32,000 nucleotides of DNA from the sequence record MK250029.1; one strand, given 5' to 3'. The position numbers and the translations under genes were made by a program. The notes under the pieces were generated by a model. It was not told the origin of the DNA. It saw only the letters and a list, made by a program, of their open reading frames with translations, and searched no databases. This document shows, piece by piece, positions 1-12,095 of the stretch. Every line of letters starts with the position of its first letter. The first letter of the stretch is position 1. This stretch comes from Prevotella phage Lak-C1.

Positions 1-5
1 CTTAA

Positions 6-743
6 ATGACAAGATCTGAATTTATAGAATACCTAAAATCAGAAATTACAATGAGTGGTACTATCAATATATCTTTACCTGATAAAGAATATAATAGAAT
101 TATTGACCGAGAACTAAATATGATTTATGAACTCTATGTAGAAAGTGTTAAATATGATAAATGTGTAATACCAAGAGATGTATTTTATTCATAGGAATTT
201 AGAAAGAATAGGTGTATTAAGTTTCCGGATTGTGTTTTAAGTGTTGTTCAATTTATGGAGCTCAAACGTAAAAATTCCATGTGGGGTATTGCAGACCCGG
301 ATTTATCATGGAATCGAATGTTTCAGACAGATATGTGGATGGGACCATAGATGGCAATGGATACTGTTATGTTTAGGACTATATAGTGGTCTAATTGGGA
401 TTAGTTGAAGCAGTTTAATTTGGTTGATATAAAGCATAGATGGAATAGACCTACACATTAGTTATTTGTAACTGGACATGATCCATATAATGATGTATAT
501 TGTGAATTAGCAACAAAGGTAGATGATTAGGATTTATTTGAAGATCCTTGGGTTAGACAATGGATTGCAGCTAAGTGTAAATTATAGGTAGTAAAGAAAT
601 TAGGTACATTTACAGTAACAGCGATAGGTGGTGTAACAGTAAATACTGGAACATATTCTGAAGAAGCGAATAATGATATAAATGATTGTAAGGAATATTG
701 GAAAAATCTTTAGTAGGCCGACTTTTTCGAAACTGGTTATTAA
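6..743 (+). CDS. Hypothetical phage protein, read in code 15 (ORF 6..194 is only its first part)
   Basis: Same frame runs past TAG at 192 through about nine in-frame TAG codons to TAA at 741-743; product includes ...WGPQMAMDTVMFRTIQWSNWDQLKQFN... Confidence 0.75.
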
Positions 744-769
744 TTTAATGATTATTAATATATGTGATA

Positions 770-811
770 ATAGGATATTATATTTTAGATGATTAAAATA
801 TAGTATCCTAT
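770..811 (+). terminator. Intrinsic-terminator-like hairpin
   Basis: ATAGGATA (770-777) pairs with TATCCTAT (804-811), followed by T-rich tract. Confidence 0.5.
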
Positions 812-859
812 ATTTTTATAAAATAAATAATGTAAATTTAATAATAGATTTAAATAACA

Positions 860-2263
860 ATGGGATATAAAAGATATGGTAGTAGTGAGTCTGTGCCAAC
901 GTTTAATGATGATAATAATGGAGAAGCTGTTTCAAATGGCATTTTAAAAAATTCATCAAAGAAAGAAATATATTTTGGTATTAAGAAACCAAAATCTGCT
1001 GCAGATTCAGATAAACCTTGGCGAGAATTAACAACAGATGATTTTAATACATAGATAACAAGTGAAACTACTGGATGTTCTGCAACAATAACGTAGAATA
1101 CTAATGATTTGACAAATAAAACAGGTATAATAACATATACATTATCTAAAAATACAACAGGTAGTGCGAGATTAATAACATTTAAATATAATGGTACTGA
1201 ATTATTTAAAATAAATTAGGATGCTGATGATAATATTTATGTGTATTTTAGAAAATGGAAAGTACCTGTCTCATATTATGAACATTATATTGTATGTACC
1301 CAAACTGATTTTAATATAGTTTTTATACATAATTTAGATTCAATATCAGGTGCGATTATTAATACTAACAAAACAACAGATGTTGTTTTATATCATGTCA
1401 CTAATAATAAAGATATTAGTAATATTTTTTTGAATAAAACAATAAAAACACTTATATCAAATAATACATTAACATATGTTACTGGGAAAGAATTTAGTAA
1501 TGATGAAAATGAATTAATAGAAGCACCAATAAAAATAATACACATGTATAGAAATGTTCAACTTCAATTAAATGATGTTACAGATAATAGCAAAATGTAT
1601 GTATATGGTGGGAGACAAGATTCAACACAAGGTGATCAAATTAATTTTGATTTTTTAACCAATGAATTATATAATACTATAGATTGGTCTAATACTAATA
1701 ATGATGATGATGTTAGGTCTATTGGAAAATATAAATTAAATAGTACAACAAAGTATACAGTAATATGGGATCTTCAAAATGGTAATATAAATGGTAATAC
1801 ATCTAGTATTCAAGATATTGTTAATTCTGGAGATACTGTAAGTTTTTCAAAATATAAACCTGTTAGAACAAATTATATATTTAATGGTTGGTCTAGTAAT
1901 ATTTCAGCAACATCTGGAAGTACAGTAGGAAATTCAGCACCAATTACATAGCATACAACATTTTTTGCTATTTGGAAATAGCTTAATAAAACAGTTACAT
2001 TTAGATTTGGAAATTCAATAACTAATATTGTAATTACATGGAATGACTCTTCATTACCAGATGTTGAATTTACTATAAAAATAAAAGATATTACTAATAA
2101 CAGTACATTTAATATTACAATTCCAAAAAATTATTAGTCTTCTAGTTATACAACTAATAAAACATTTATTTCTGGACATTAGTATTAGCTTGTAAGCTGT
2201 TCACCGCCAAAATTTGGTAATACTACATATCAAGTTTTTACTGGTGTAATATCTGGAATGTAA
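860..2263 (+). CDS. Probable surface/structural protein with InlB B-repeat-like (Listeria-Bacteroides repeat) domain
   Basis: Joins ORFs 860..1054 and 1241..1951 in one frame through TAG to TAA 2261-2263; segment YTVIWDLQNGNINGN...SGDTVSFSKYKPVRTNYIFNGWSSN...TTFFAIWK matches the repeat pattern. Confidence 0.75.
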
Positions 2264-2269
2264 TATATT

Positions 2270-2306
2270 AAATTCGTTATTCAATGTCGTTTTGAATAAC
2301 GAATTT
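2270..2306 (+). terminator. Intrinsic terminator
   Basis: AAATTCGTTATTCAA (2270-2284) / TTGAATAACGAATTT (2292-2306), then Ts. Confidence 0.75.
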
Positions 2307-2330
2307 TTTATTTATGTAATTTAAGTTGCA

Positions 2331-2356
2331 GGATTTTATATTTAGACGTAGATATA
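2331..2356 (+). promoter_or_regulatory. 26-bp leader element, copy 1
   Basis: GGATTTTATATTTAGACGTAGATATA, identical copy at 3326-3351, both just upstream of a start codon. Confidence 0.4.
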
Positions 2357-2371
2357 TAAAATGTATTTTCC

Positions 2372-3304
2372 ATGGCAATATATAAAAAGAATGAAGTTGA
2401 TTTAGTGACGACATATACAGTTGAAATTGATTATTATTTAGATGACACTGTATTTAATGGGGAGTATCTAAAAAATGAAGACGGTCAGCTTGTATATTTT
2501 GGTTTACAAAATGTAGATGGTGATTATCTGAATAAATTAAGTGATGTTGATTTAACAAATTGTATAACATCAGATGATAATAACTATACAATTAAATTAG
2601 AAAAAGTAGATAATACAGCGGCTAAAATATTTGTAAATAAGCCAAAAAAGAAATTAACTTTAGATAAAAGAAAAAAAAGTGTTAGTTTTTATTATACTAA
2701 TATATTAGGTAAGAATAACGTTCTATTTAATATATTTTATCATCCAAAAATATGTCATTATTCTAGAATTTATAATATATATTAGATTTATAAAATATCA
2801 ACACCAACATTTTCATTTAATAATTTATATTATGTAATTAATTATAATGGTACTAGTGGAGTAATAGATATAGATGTATTAAAAACAGCATCAACTATTG
2901 ATATTACATCAAATGATTTAGATAAGACATTTTTGCATGATGACAATTTTACTCACGCATTACCCTCAAATATAAACAATTTAATATATACATATTATAG
3001 TACCGACCATACCTATTGGTATTTATATGAAAGTGGTTATACACCGATAGATCTTCTTAGTAAACATTATGATAGAATATTTTCTGTTAATACAGACTTT
3101 TCTTCATTAAGAGGAATTTTTGATTATAAAATGAATAGAATAAATGGCACGTTTAATTCTGGGGATGACGGTTATGTATATTTTTGTGCAATTAATCATA
3201 CAAATAATACAGTTGTACCTGTATTTAAAATGAATGGAAACACTATTATAGAAAGAAACAAAAATGTTCCAGAAGATACATATACAACATATATTATTAA
3301 ATAA
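2372..3304 (+). CDS. Hypothetical (likely structural) protein
   Basis: ORFs 2372..2785 and 2933..3304 are one frame joined through TAG; ends TAA. Confidence 0.75.
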
Positions 3305-3325
3305 CGTTATGTAAATTAAAATATG

Positions 3326-3351
3326 GGATTTTATATTTAGACGTAGATATA
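3326..3351 (+). promoter_or_regulatory. 26-bp leader element, copy 2
   Basis: Identical to 2331-2356; 20 bp upstream of the ATG at 3371. Confidence 0.4.
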
Positions 3352-3370
3352 AAAATATATTTTAATTTTT

Positions 3371-4216
3371 ATGTCAACATATAAAGAAACAACAGAACGA
3401 GAATTTCATATAATTAATTTTATAGATAAATCATTAGTTACATTTACGCCTGATCCAAATATAGGTACGATAGGACTATTAGTAAAAGGTGTAAGTGTAA
3501 AGGATTCAAATAAAAAAGATGTTTTTATAGGATTAACTGATGGCACAAAGTTTAAATATTTAACTAATGATGATTATAACATCTATTATCAATCTAGTGA
3601 TTCAATATATATTACTAAATATGGAGGTTCACAAGGTTGGCCTATATACTTGGATGTTTATAAAGAAAATATAGGGATAACAGCACATATAAAATATTTA
3701 TATAATGGAGTATCTAACTATTTTTTTACTATCAATTACATACCATATGAAGTATTGCTTATGAATATTACTTATTCTGGATATAGAGAAAATATATACT
3801 TATTTATTGAAGAATTACCATAGTCATACAGTGTAAGTCCAAATAAACATATTGCATTATATTCTGGTGTATCTGGTGATTTATCATCATATGGAACAAC
3901 TATATATTATGATCCTATGAACATATTAGTTGAAAAAGACAAAAGTATTAAGTATTATGTTGATAGAGGCGTAATAATATATAAATCTGGTGACCCTTTA
4001 AATCTTACTCTAGAAAAGTATATAAGAGAAGTAACATTTGTAAATAAACCTTATACAAATAAGGATAAGGATACAATAGAAATAGCAGCAACGGATGAAA
4101 TATATTGTTATGAATATAGTGATAATAAGTGGAAATTAAATGGTCATTGTACATTTATGAAACCAAATGGTAAAAAAGAACCATTAGTTTATAAAAGTGT
4201 TGCACATTATTAGTAA
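3371..4216 (+). CDS. Hypothetical (likely structural) protein
   Basis: ORFs 3371..3823 and 3917..4213 are one frame; in-frame TAG codons, final TAG immediately followed by TAA. Confidence 0.75.
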
Positions 4217-4276
4217 AATATTAATTAAAAAATATTCATGAATAAATAATAAAAAGTTATTTTTGATATATTTTTT

Positions 4277-4687
4277 ATGAAACATAATATTCCATTAAAT
4301 ATACTAGATGAATATGCAAAAACAATTTCATCAAAATAGGTAAAAATGCTTTATGAATCAAAATGTAATAAAAAATTTAAGAAAGCATTATATGAAAATA
4401 TGAAATATCAAAATGATAATAGTTTTTCAATATACTTAAATGATTTTACATTAGATGAAGCTCATTCATCTGTTGATAAAGCATTAGTACGTTATGTAAG
4501 GAAACATAAACTTCAATATAATAAAGTCAGCGATGGTGTTTATTTTTATACACCTCTTGAAGAAAATTATATTTCCTTATTAGAAAATCTTGTTCAAGAC
4601 GGATTTGATATAGATTTATTAAAAGAAAATGTAGATTCACAAAAAGCTACAGTTTATTTAGAAAAATTAAAGTTAAATAAGAAATGA
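4277..4687 (+). CDS. Hypothetical protein
   Basis: ATG 4277 in frame with ORF 4346..4687 through one TAG; stop TGA overlaps next start (ATGA). Confidence 0.7.
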
Positions 4688-5367
4688 TAAAGATTAGAAG
4701 ACGTAAACCTATTTTTGAGGATGATTAGACTACATAGCAGCAACCAGCAACAACAGGTACAACAGCACAACCTACTGCAACACCTGCTCCTGCAAATAAT
4801 ACAACAACTCCAGCTGCACCAACTCAGCCTCAACAACCTGCTCAACCTAATAATACTAACACACCTCAGCAACCTGCAGATCAAAATAATCAACAGCAAT
4901 AGCAACAACCTAATCCTAATGCTTAGAAAGTTGCAGATGTGTTGAAAAAAATGGAAAATACATGGTGGATGATTTCTGTTAATCTTCCTGATGAAATTCA
5001 AAAAGATATTCCAGATTTTAAACAAGGAAATCAATAGGCTGATAATGCTATTAAAGCATGGGGAACATTTAAGCAAAATCCGACAGAAGATACATTCAAA
5101 CAATTCTTAGAAGGATTTAAAGCATTTGGTGGTGTAAATAATGATTAGACAAATAATCAATAGAATGGTCAACAACCAGCTGCACCAGCTCAGCCTCAAC
5201 AACCTGCATAGCAACCAGCTCAACCACAAACAAATGTTAACGCGGGATTAAAAGCTGCATATTCATTCAGAAAGAATCTTATGGAAAATCTTGAGATTGC
5301 AAATAAGAAAAAATATTATAATTCTGTTTGTGAAGATTATTTTGATAAAACTGAATTTACATTATAA
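4684..5367 (+). CDS. Gln/Pro-rich low-complexity protein with folded central segment
   Basis: Starts ATG 4684; TAG codons interspersed with CAA/CAG runs (e.g. QQPADQNNQQQ[TAG]QQPNPNA[TAG]); ends TAA. Confidence 0.75.
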
Positions 5368-5389
5368 TAAAAATAAATGAATCTAAAAT

Positions 5390-6163
5390 ATGGTTAAAAA
5401 ATATAAATATGTTTATAATCAAAAAACTGGACATTTTATAAAAAAACTAAATGAAGATGATTCAAATGTAAGTACAGATACACAACAATAGCAAAATAAT
5501 AATTCTAATACTACTTCATCAACAACTGATAATAAAGATACATCAACAAATAATACATCTTTTAAATCTGTTGAATCTGATGAAACAATTCAAAGTCTCA
5601 ATGCAAAAATACAAGATAATGAAAATAAATTTCAATAGGATTTAAATACATAGCAGAAACTTTTAGATGCTGCTAAAGTTACTGCATCTAAAAAAACACC
5701 AACAGGACCATATGACCCTGTTGCAACAGATGCAGACGTATTAAATATCATGAAAAAAATAAATGATATTACTAAACAACATGCTATTGATATTGCGAAT
5801 TTTCAAGATTAGAAATTAGCATAGCTATAGAAACTATCGCAAACAAATGAATCATATTATAAAATTCCAGAAAAATATAAATGGTTAAACGAATCTAATA
5901 TTCATACTGCAAAAATATATATGGGTGATCTGATAGCTCCAGATGATTAGCACATATTAAAAGGTATGGCTGATTTCAAACGTGCTTTTAAAGATACAGA
6001 TTTATTATACGGGAAAGACAGAAATGGATACTTTCTTATCGCAGTTGATAAAGATGATATGACAAAAGCATTTGACACACTAGAAGAAATAGGATACCTT
6101 CGTGATGAAATAATTGATACAATGTTACCATAGGTATTAGATAGAACAAAAATGATTTTATAA
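5390..6163 (+). CDS. Hypothetical protein with Gln-rich linker
   Basis: MVKKYKYVYNQKTGHFIKKLNEDDSNVSTDTQQ[TAG]QNN... to TAA 6161-6163, 258 codons in code 15. Confidence 0.7.
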
Positions 6164-6209
6164 TTTATGAAAAATGAAATTTTATCATTTAATATTATAT
6201 ATAAAAAAT

Positions 6210-6242
6210 AAAGGTTGATAATTTCGGAAATTATCAACCTTT
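6210..6242. terminator. Bidirectional terminator between convergent genes
   Basis: AAAGGTTGATAATTT-CGG-AAATTATCAACCTTT perfect 15-bp stem flanked by A and T tracts. Confidence 0.85.
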
Positions 6243-6247
6243 ATTTT

Positions 6248-6895
6248 TTATAAACTTGCAATATATTTCTTTATACCTTCTACATGAATATCTGTAATTA
6301 TATTTCTACCTTCATTACTTAATAACCATGTAGCGTCTTCTTTATTATCCATAAACATATTTTCTGTTAAACATGCAGGACATGCAGTTTTTGATAATAC
6401 ATAGTAATTTGCTTCTTGATCAGGATCGCCATCTGAATTATCAGGACGTAATTTCTTACCCAATGGTTTTAATTTAGATTCTGCAACTTCATAGATACAT
6501 GTTGCTAATTTATCTGCAGATGTTTGTCCTTTACTTGTATATACAGACCAACCTTGTGCATTCATCCATGAACCATTTCCAGCTGCGTTTACATGAATAG
6601 AAATAAAAATTGCTTTATTTCCTTTTGCTTTTTCTTCTGCATATTTTGCATTTGCACGTTGTACACGAAGACTTAAATCATGTGATTGACTTGTAATCTC
6701 TTCCACTTCTGGATGAACAATATAACATCTATATCCTTCAGAAATTAACTTATTGTAAACTTCATATCCTATTGCACGAACATATGCATATTCTTTTAAC
6801 TATGTTTTACCATCGTCAAATACAGGACTGGATTTCCCTGGTGTTGAACTTCCATGCCCATTATCAAGCATTATTAAAATTTTCTCTTTATTCAT
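6248..6895 (-). CDS. N-acetylmuramoyl-L-alanine amidase (Amidase_3 type), endolysin-like
   Basis: MNKEKILIMLDNGHGSSTPGKSSPVFDDGKT[TAG]LKEYAYVRAIGYEVYNKL...GNKAIFISIHVNAAGNGSW...; DNGHG and SIHVNA motifs. Confidence 0.85.
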
Positions 6896-6907
6896 AATTT
6901 AATACTT

Positions 6908-7864
6908 TTAATTATTTATTAATGTATAAGACCACCTAAAACCACCAGCAAAATTACGTTCATTTTTACATACTTTAGTTATATTACCAGTTGCCTTTAA
7001 ATTAATAAATCTACCGGCTTCCTTAATACTATTAAATTCATTTAAATAATTCCAATCTTTATCATACTAATAAACTTTACGTGCATTTGTTGGCGTTCTA
7101 CCATACATCCAATTATTTATACCTCTATTCTTATAATTTGGTTTTCCTTTAAGTATTTCACTTAAATGCTATTTCTATTTTTCCGATAAATGTGTACCTT
7201 TACATACATGTTCGTGTGTTTTATAATATTCTATCTTTTTCTATATTATTGTATTTCGATACTAATAATTTTGCCATAATTTAATGTGGGCATCTCTATT
7301 TTTCTATTTTGATTCTTCTGTATGATTTCTTCCAAGCCATATATTTGTATGTGTTTTATAATATTCCGTTACAGCGTCTGATATTTTCTATTTAGTCTCT
7401 TCACTACGCTTAATACCTATCCATTTCTATGTATGTGTTTTATAATATTCTTTTAATACTTTTGATAATTTGTCTTTTGTTGACTCTGACATTTTTTTAA
7501 GCTCATGGTACGCACCTCCAGGTTGTAAATTTTCACATAAAGGGTCATTCTTATATAATTCACCGATAAATTCCTTTTCTTTTATAACATTTTCTTCTTC
7601 TGATATAGAAAAATCTAATATTATTTTATTATATGTTTCATTTAATATTTTTTTATATTTTTTAAAATAACATATAGGTATGGTTCCACTGCCTGTGTAA
7701 CCATCAAAATCCGGGTGATCTATTATATACTACTATAAATCGGTAGTATTCATATTTTTTAATTCATCATTAGTTAAATGATAACAATGTTTACCTATAT
7801 AATAATGATTAATTAATGTACCGTGTAAAAATATAATTTTATAAATATAGTATATAGTATTCAT
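6908..7864 (-). CDS. GIY-YIG homing endonuclease with NUMOD3-like repeats and NUMOD1/IENR1-like C-terminus
   Basis: Code-15 translation: MNTIYYIYKIIF...NHYYIGKH...DGYTGSG...CENLQPGGAYHE..., repeated (R/H)(S/T)EE(T/S)KQK..., then RKVYQYDKDWNYLNEFNSIKEAGRFI; ends TAA. Confidence 0.75.
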
Positions 7865-7952
7865 GAAAATATAAATAATTTTATTATTTATATATCTAAT
7901 AATGATTAAATAAAAGAGTAAAGCATTATTAAAACTTTACTTTTTTCCATAA

Positions 7953-9428
7953 TTAATACATGTTATCATATAATTTGAATGTAAATACTGATAATTCTTT
8001 TAAGCAATTATTACTTAAACAAACACCATCTCCAGCAGCAGTTGGTGACAAGAAATTTTTATAATTATCAGAAATACTCTTATTTACTTTAATTGTTTTT
8101 CTATCTCTCTTTCCTTGTTTAATTTCTTCTTTACATCTATTTAAAATTGATGTTAAATTATCATATATCTATTGTACATCTTCTTTCTTCAACATATAAA
8201 CAATATAATCAATATTACTTGTGCCTATATATCTAGGAAATAAAATGTATTTTATATTATCATCAGACAATATATCTAATTCTCCTTTTCTTGAAATATT
8301 AATTCTGAAATTATCTTCACTTGATTTCTTTCTTTCTGCAACAGCAACACTAAATACAGAAGGGAAGTCCATTAAAGCATTAATATTTCTTACTATAAAA
8401 TCTTGATTTCCTCTTCTTGCAGATTTATTGAAAAATGTAGATTTACCAAATTTTTTCATAAGCACGCCATTCAATCTTTCCTTTAAATGTGTAGATGAAT
8501 TATTATGTGAATAATCATATCTATCTTCATTTAAACTACGTTTAATACTAACTGCAATAGATTCAATTAATGATTTATATAACTAATTATTATTCATTTT
8601 TTCTGATACCTATTTTAATTTATTTATTGTATTTTTATCAATAATTGCATAATCATCTCCATCATATCGTATTTCAGAATTATCTGCTAATATATCAAAA
8701 AACTTAGGATTCTTTTTATCAAATTGATATATAGGTATATTATCTATACAAGTTGTACATGTATTTACAAATACTTTATTAAACTGTTTAAGTAATGAAT
8801 TAAGTAATGAAATACATGTAGTTTCATCCTATATAGATAATTGTCTTATATATACTATATCTGCAATACATTCTGATTTTATATTTAATAATTTTGGAAA
8901 ATTACTGGCAAATCCATCTGATATTGTATAATCATTATTTGTCTTTACTCTTTGCTTATTATATATTACACAAAAAGAATCTCTTACATTATTATATGTA
9001 ATGTCATCATAACCATATATAATTTTATCTGTTATAATATCATATTCATCATATAATATATTTGCAAATTTTATAATATAAAAATCATCATCACTTATAC
9101 GCGTTTTATTGGTACTATACATATAAGGATAAACCTATATATATTCTATTCTTGTATAGTTATTATTAAATTTAAATGTTAAATAAATACAATCAGGATT
9201 AAACGGTAATTTCATATTATCAAATGTTAGCTATTCTCCTTTATTATAATCCTTATAACAATCTTTATATAACATAATTAAATAATGATCATATATCTCA
9301 TAGGATACTTTCATCCAATCAATTTCTTCAGCAAATCTGTGTGCGATTTTTTCTACATCATTAGATAATATAGCTGATGCTAAAATATCATTATCATCAT
9401 TAAAATCTATATCATTAAATAAATCCAT
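7953..9428 (-). CDS. Hypothetical protein (about 491 aa)
   Basis: ORFs 9231..9428, 8829..9122 and 8169..8474 on the minus strand are one frame joined through TAG; stop TAA at 7953-7955. Confidence 0.75.
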
Positions 9429-9458
9429 TAAAATAAGTTACTATTTTAAATATTTATT

Positions 9459-9800
9459 TTAAAAGGGTAATTCTTCTCCAGGTTCCATAGGTAAAAATGA
9501 AAGTGTTGGAATTATATCATGTTTTCTAAAATACTTTTTATGCATTTTCTTTGCAGTTCTCCATTCTCTTATAGATTCTCTTGAAACAGTAAAACTTGGA
9601 CAATTTTCACAAATATCAAATATATTTTTATTTAATTCATTTTCAATTTCATATACTGGTCTATTATCATAATTTGGTTGTCGAGAACAACAAAACCAAT
9701 TAATATACATAGGATATGGATCATCTGTTACCATATCATCAAATGACTTATCATGTACGCATTTACAACCACAAAATTTTTTTCTTAATCTACTTTTCAT
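9459..9800 (-). CDS. Small Cys-rich hypothetical protein
   Basis: Intact ORF MKSRLRKKFCGCKCVHDKSF...CENCPSF... Confidence 0.65.
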   Translation of the reverse strand: MKSRLRKKFCGCKCVHDKSFDDMVTDDPYPMYINWFCCSRQPNYDNRPVYEIENELNKNIFDICENCPSFTVSRESIREWRTAKKMHKKYFRKHDIIPTLSFLPMEPGEELPF

Positions 9801-9905
9801 ATCTGTTTAATTTAAAATATTATATAACATTTATATAATAATAAATCTATTAATGTTTGTTAAATTTTACTTATAAATATGTTAAATGCTAAATAATTTA
9901 ATTAT

Positions 9906-12059
9906 ATGACAAGAAGAAGTTCAACTATTAGAGATATTAGAGCAAATGCATTGGATAAGCAGTCAGAGAGCGTAAAAATGTCTACTGTTTATACAACTGC
10001 AAAAATTAATTAGATATTAGACGATATAAAGAAAGGTAAAAAACCAGATCTTAACCCGTTTTATCATGGTAAAAAAGATTTAAGGGATTCTGGTATTACT
10101 TTCGAACGTACACAAGAAGAAGATGATGAATATAAAAAATGTGCAATGGATTGCATATATTTTGTTTCAAGATATGTAAAATTCAGAAACGACAAAGGTT
10201 TTACATTGGTTAAATTAAGAGATTATTAGGAAGACGTTATTCATCTTTTTTCTGATGAAATATGGGATGAAGAACTACAAGATGTTCGTATGAAAAATCG
10301 AAGAGTAATTCTTTTGTAGGCACGTCAAACTGCGAAATCTACAACTTGCGTCGCGTATTTTGTATGGTACTTGATTTTTCATGCAGACCGTAACTTAATG
10401 ATCACAGCTAATAAAGAGTCTACTACAAAGGAAATTCTTAAAAAATGTATGGATGTATTTAAAGCATTACCATACTTCTTGAAGCCGGGTATTGAAGAAT
10501 ATTCAAAAACAACTTTAAGAACTGAGAATGGCTGTTCTTTAAGAGCAGTTGCAACTACTGGTGATTCTGCAACAGGTGATTCAATAAATATCCTTCTCAT
10601 TGATGAATGTGCACTAATATCTCAAAATGTAATTAAGGAATTCTGGGCATCAGTTTACCCAACAATGTCAAACTTCCAGTAGTCTTAGATTATTGTTTTG
10701 TCAACACCACGTGGTAGAACAGGACTTTATTATGATTTATGGGAGGGTGCATAGAATGGTAAAAATGGTTTTGTGTCAAAACGTGTAGACTGGTGGCAGG
10801 TACCAGGTAGAGATGAAAAATGGAAGCAAGATTAGATTTCTGTATTCGGACAAGATTTATGGGAACGTGAGTTTGAACTTTCATTTGATACTAATGAATC
10901 TAGATTGTTATCAAAGAATGCATTAGAGAAAATAGATCATATAAAGAGAAAATTTGAACATGTTGAGATATATGGTGTACCTAAACGTGTAACTGATAAA
11001 ATATATTGGGATCCAGAATTTCATCCAGATTAGTTAACATATGAAGATAAGATACAACGAAGATTTGTATGTATAATTGATACTGCATAGGGAACTGAAG
11101 CTGGTGAATATGGTAAAGAAGATTCAGATTATAATATTATTAATATATTTGAAATGAAACTTTTAGATCCTGAAATAATTTTAAAGAATAGACTTGGATA
11201 TAAAGCAGTTAAATATACTAACTGTATATGTTTAGAATAGGTTGGTATTTATATAGATAATAATTTTGATGAGGAAGAATGTGCAGCAGCAGCTCAACAT
11301 ATTGCATTTGATGTATTCAGTAATGGTGGTGGTTATGAAGGTGAAATAGATAATATGAGAATATTGTATGAAACTAATTTTAATGGTAAGAATTTCAAAA
11401 AGATTTTTGAAAAACATGATTAGTTTTATGATACTATATTGAAAGGTTTTTTAACTACTGGTGGAAATCACGGCAAGAAATATTTCTGTGAACTTGGTGC
11501 AAAGCTTATTGATCTTGATTAGATTATTGTTAAGTAGGATCATGAAATACCTGTATTATCTTCTGTTGAATAGTTAAAGTCATTCGGTAAAGTAAAGAAT
11601 AGTTATGCAGGTTTATCTATGCATGATGATATATCTATTACTATATTATTTGCAAGTCGTTTCTTTGAAGATGACAGTCAATTTGAATGGCTTGATGAAT
11701 GGTTTAGTCAATTACCAAATTATAATTATAATACAATAGAAGAAAGAAATAAGGTTTTACAGATATTAAATTATCTTGAAATATATGAATATACTAAAGA
11801 AGATGATGATACTGAAGCTGATAATTATTCAGAATTAGTAAGTGCAGCAACCTCAGGATTTGGACAAATAACATAGCAAGCATCTGGAACATATGGTTCA
11901 TTAATGCATAATTAGAATACATCAACGCCATATCATAATAATCCTAATAATATGAATGGAAATTATTATCCGTCTCAACAGCAAACACCTATGTATTAGG
12001 GAACATACTCTAGTTTAAGCAGAAATAATTTAATGAATTCACGTTTTATCAAGCGTTAA
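9906..12059 (+). CDS. Terminase large subunit
   Basis: 718-codon frame with about 17 in-frame TAG; Walker A-like ILL[TAG]ARQTAKSTTCVAYFVWY, Walker B INILLIDECALI, nuclease-domain VCIIDTA[TAG]GTEAGEYGKEDSDYNIINIF and SMHDDISITILFAS. Confidence 0.9.
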
Positions 12060-12095
12060 AATAAATATATTAATAATTTAATAAAATTTAGATAC

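Noticed and set aside
4715-4945. 76-aa + strand ORF
   Set aside because: Out-of-frame reading of the Gln/Pro-rich gene; the code-15 frame spans it entirely.
4654-5103. 149-aa minus-strand ORF rich in Cys/Leu/Ser
   Set aside because: Antisense artefact of the CAA/CAG-rich + strand gene 4684..5367; low complexity and no independent support.
5947-6237. Minus-strand ORF overlapping the end of the 5390..6163 gene
   Set aside because: Overlaps a coherent sense-strand gene and a bidirectional terminator; chance antisense ORF.
7470-7670. 66-aa + strand ORF MSFVDSDIFLSSW...
   Set aside because: Opposite strand of the GIY-YIG endonuclease gene.
8221-8406. 61-aa + strand ORF
   Set aside because: Opposite strand of the long 7953..9428 gene.
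9906-12059. Terminase as a decayed pseudogene with many stops
   Set aside because: All interruptions are TAG, none TAA/TGA, and catalytic motifs are intact; this is recoding, not decay.
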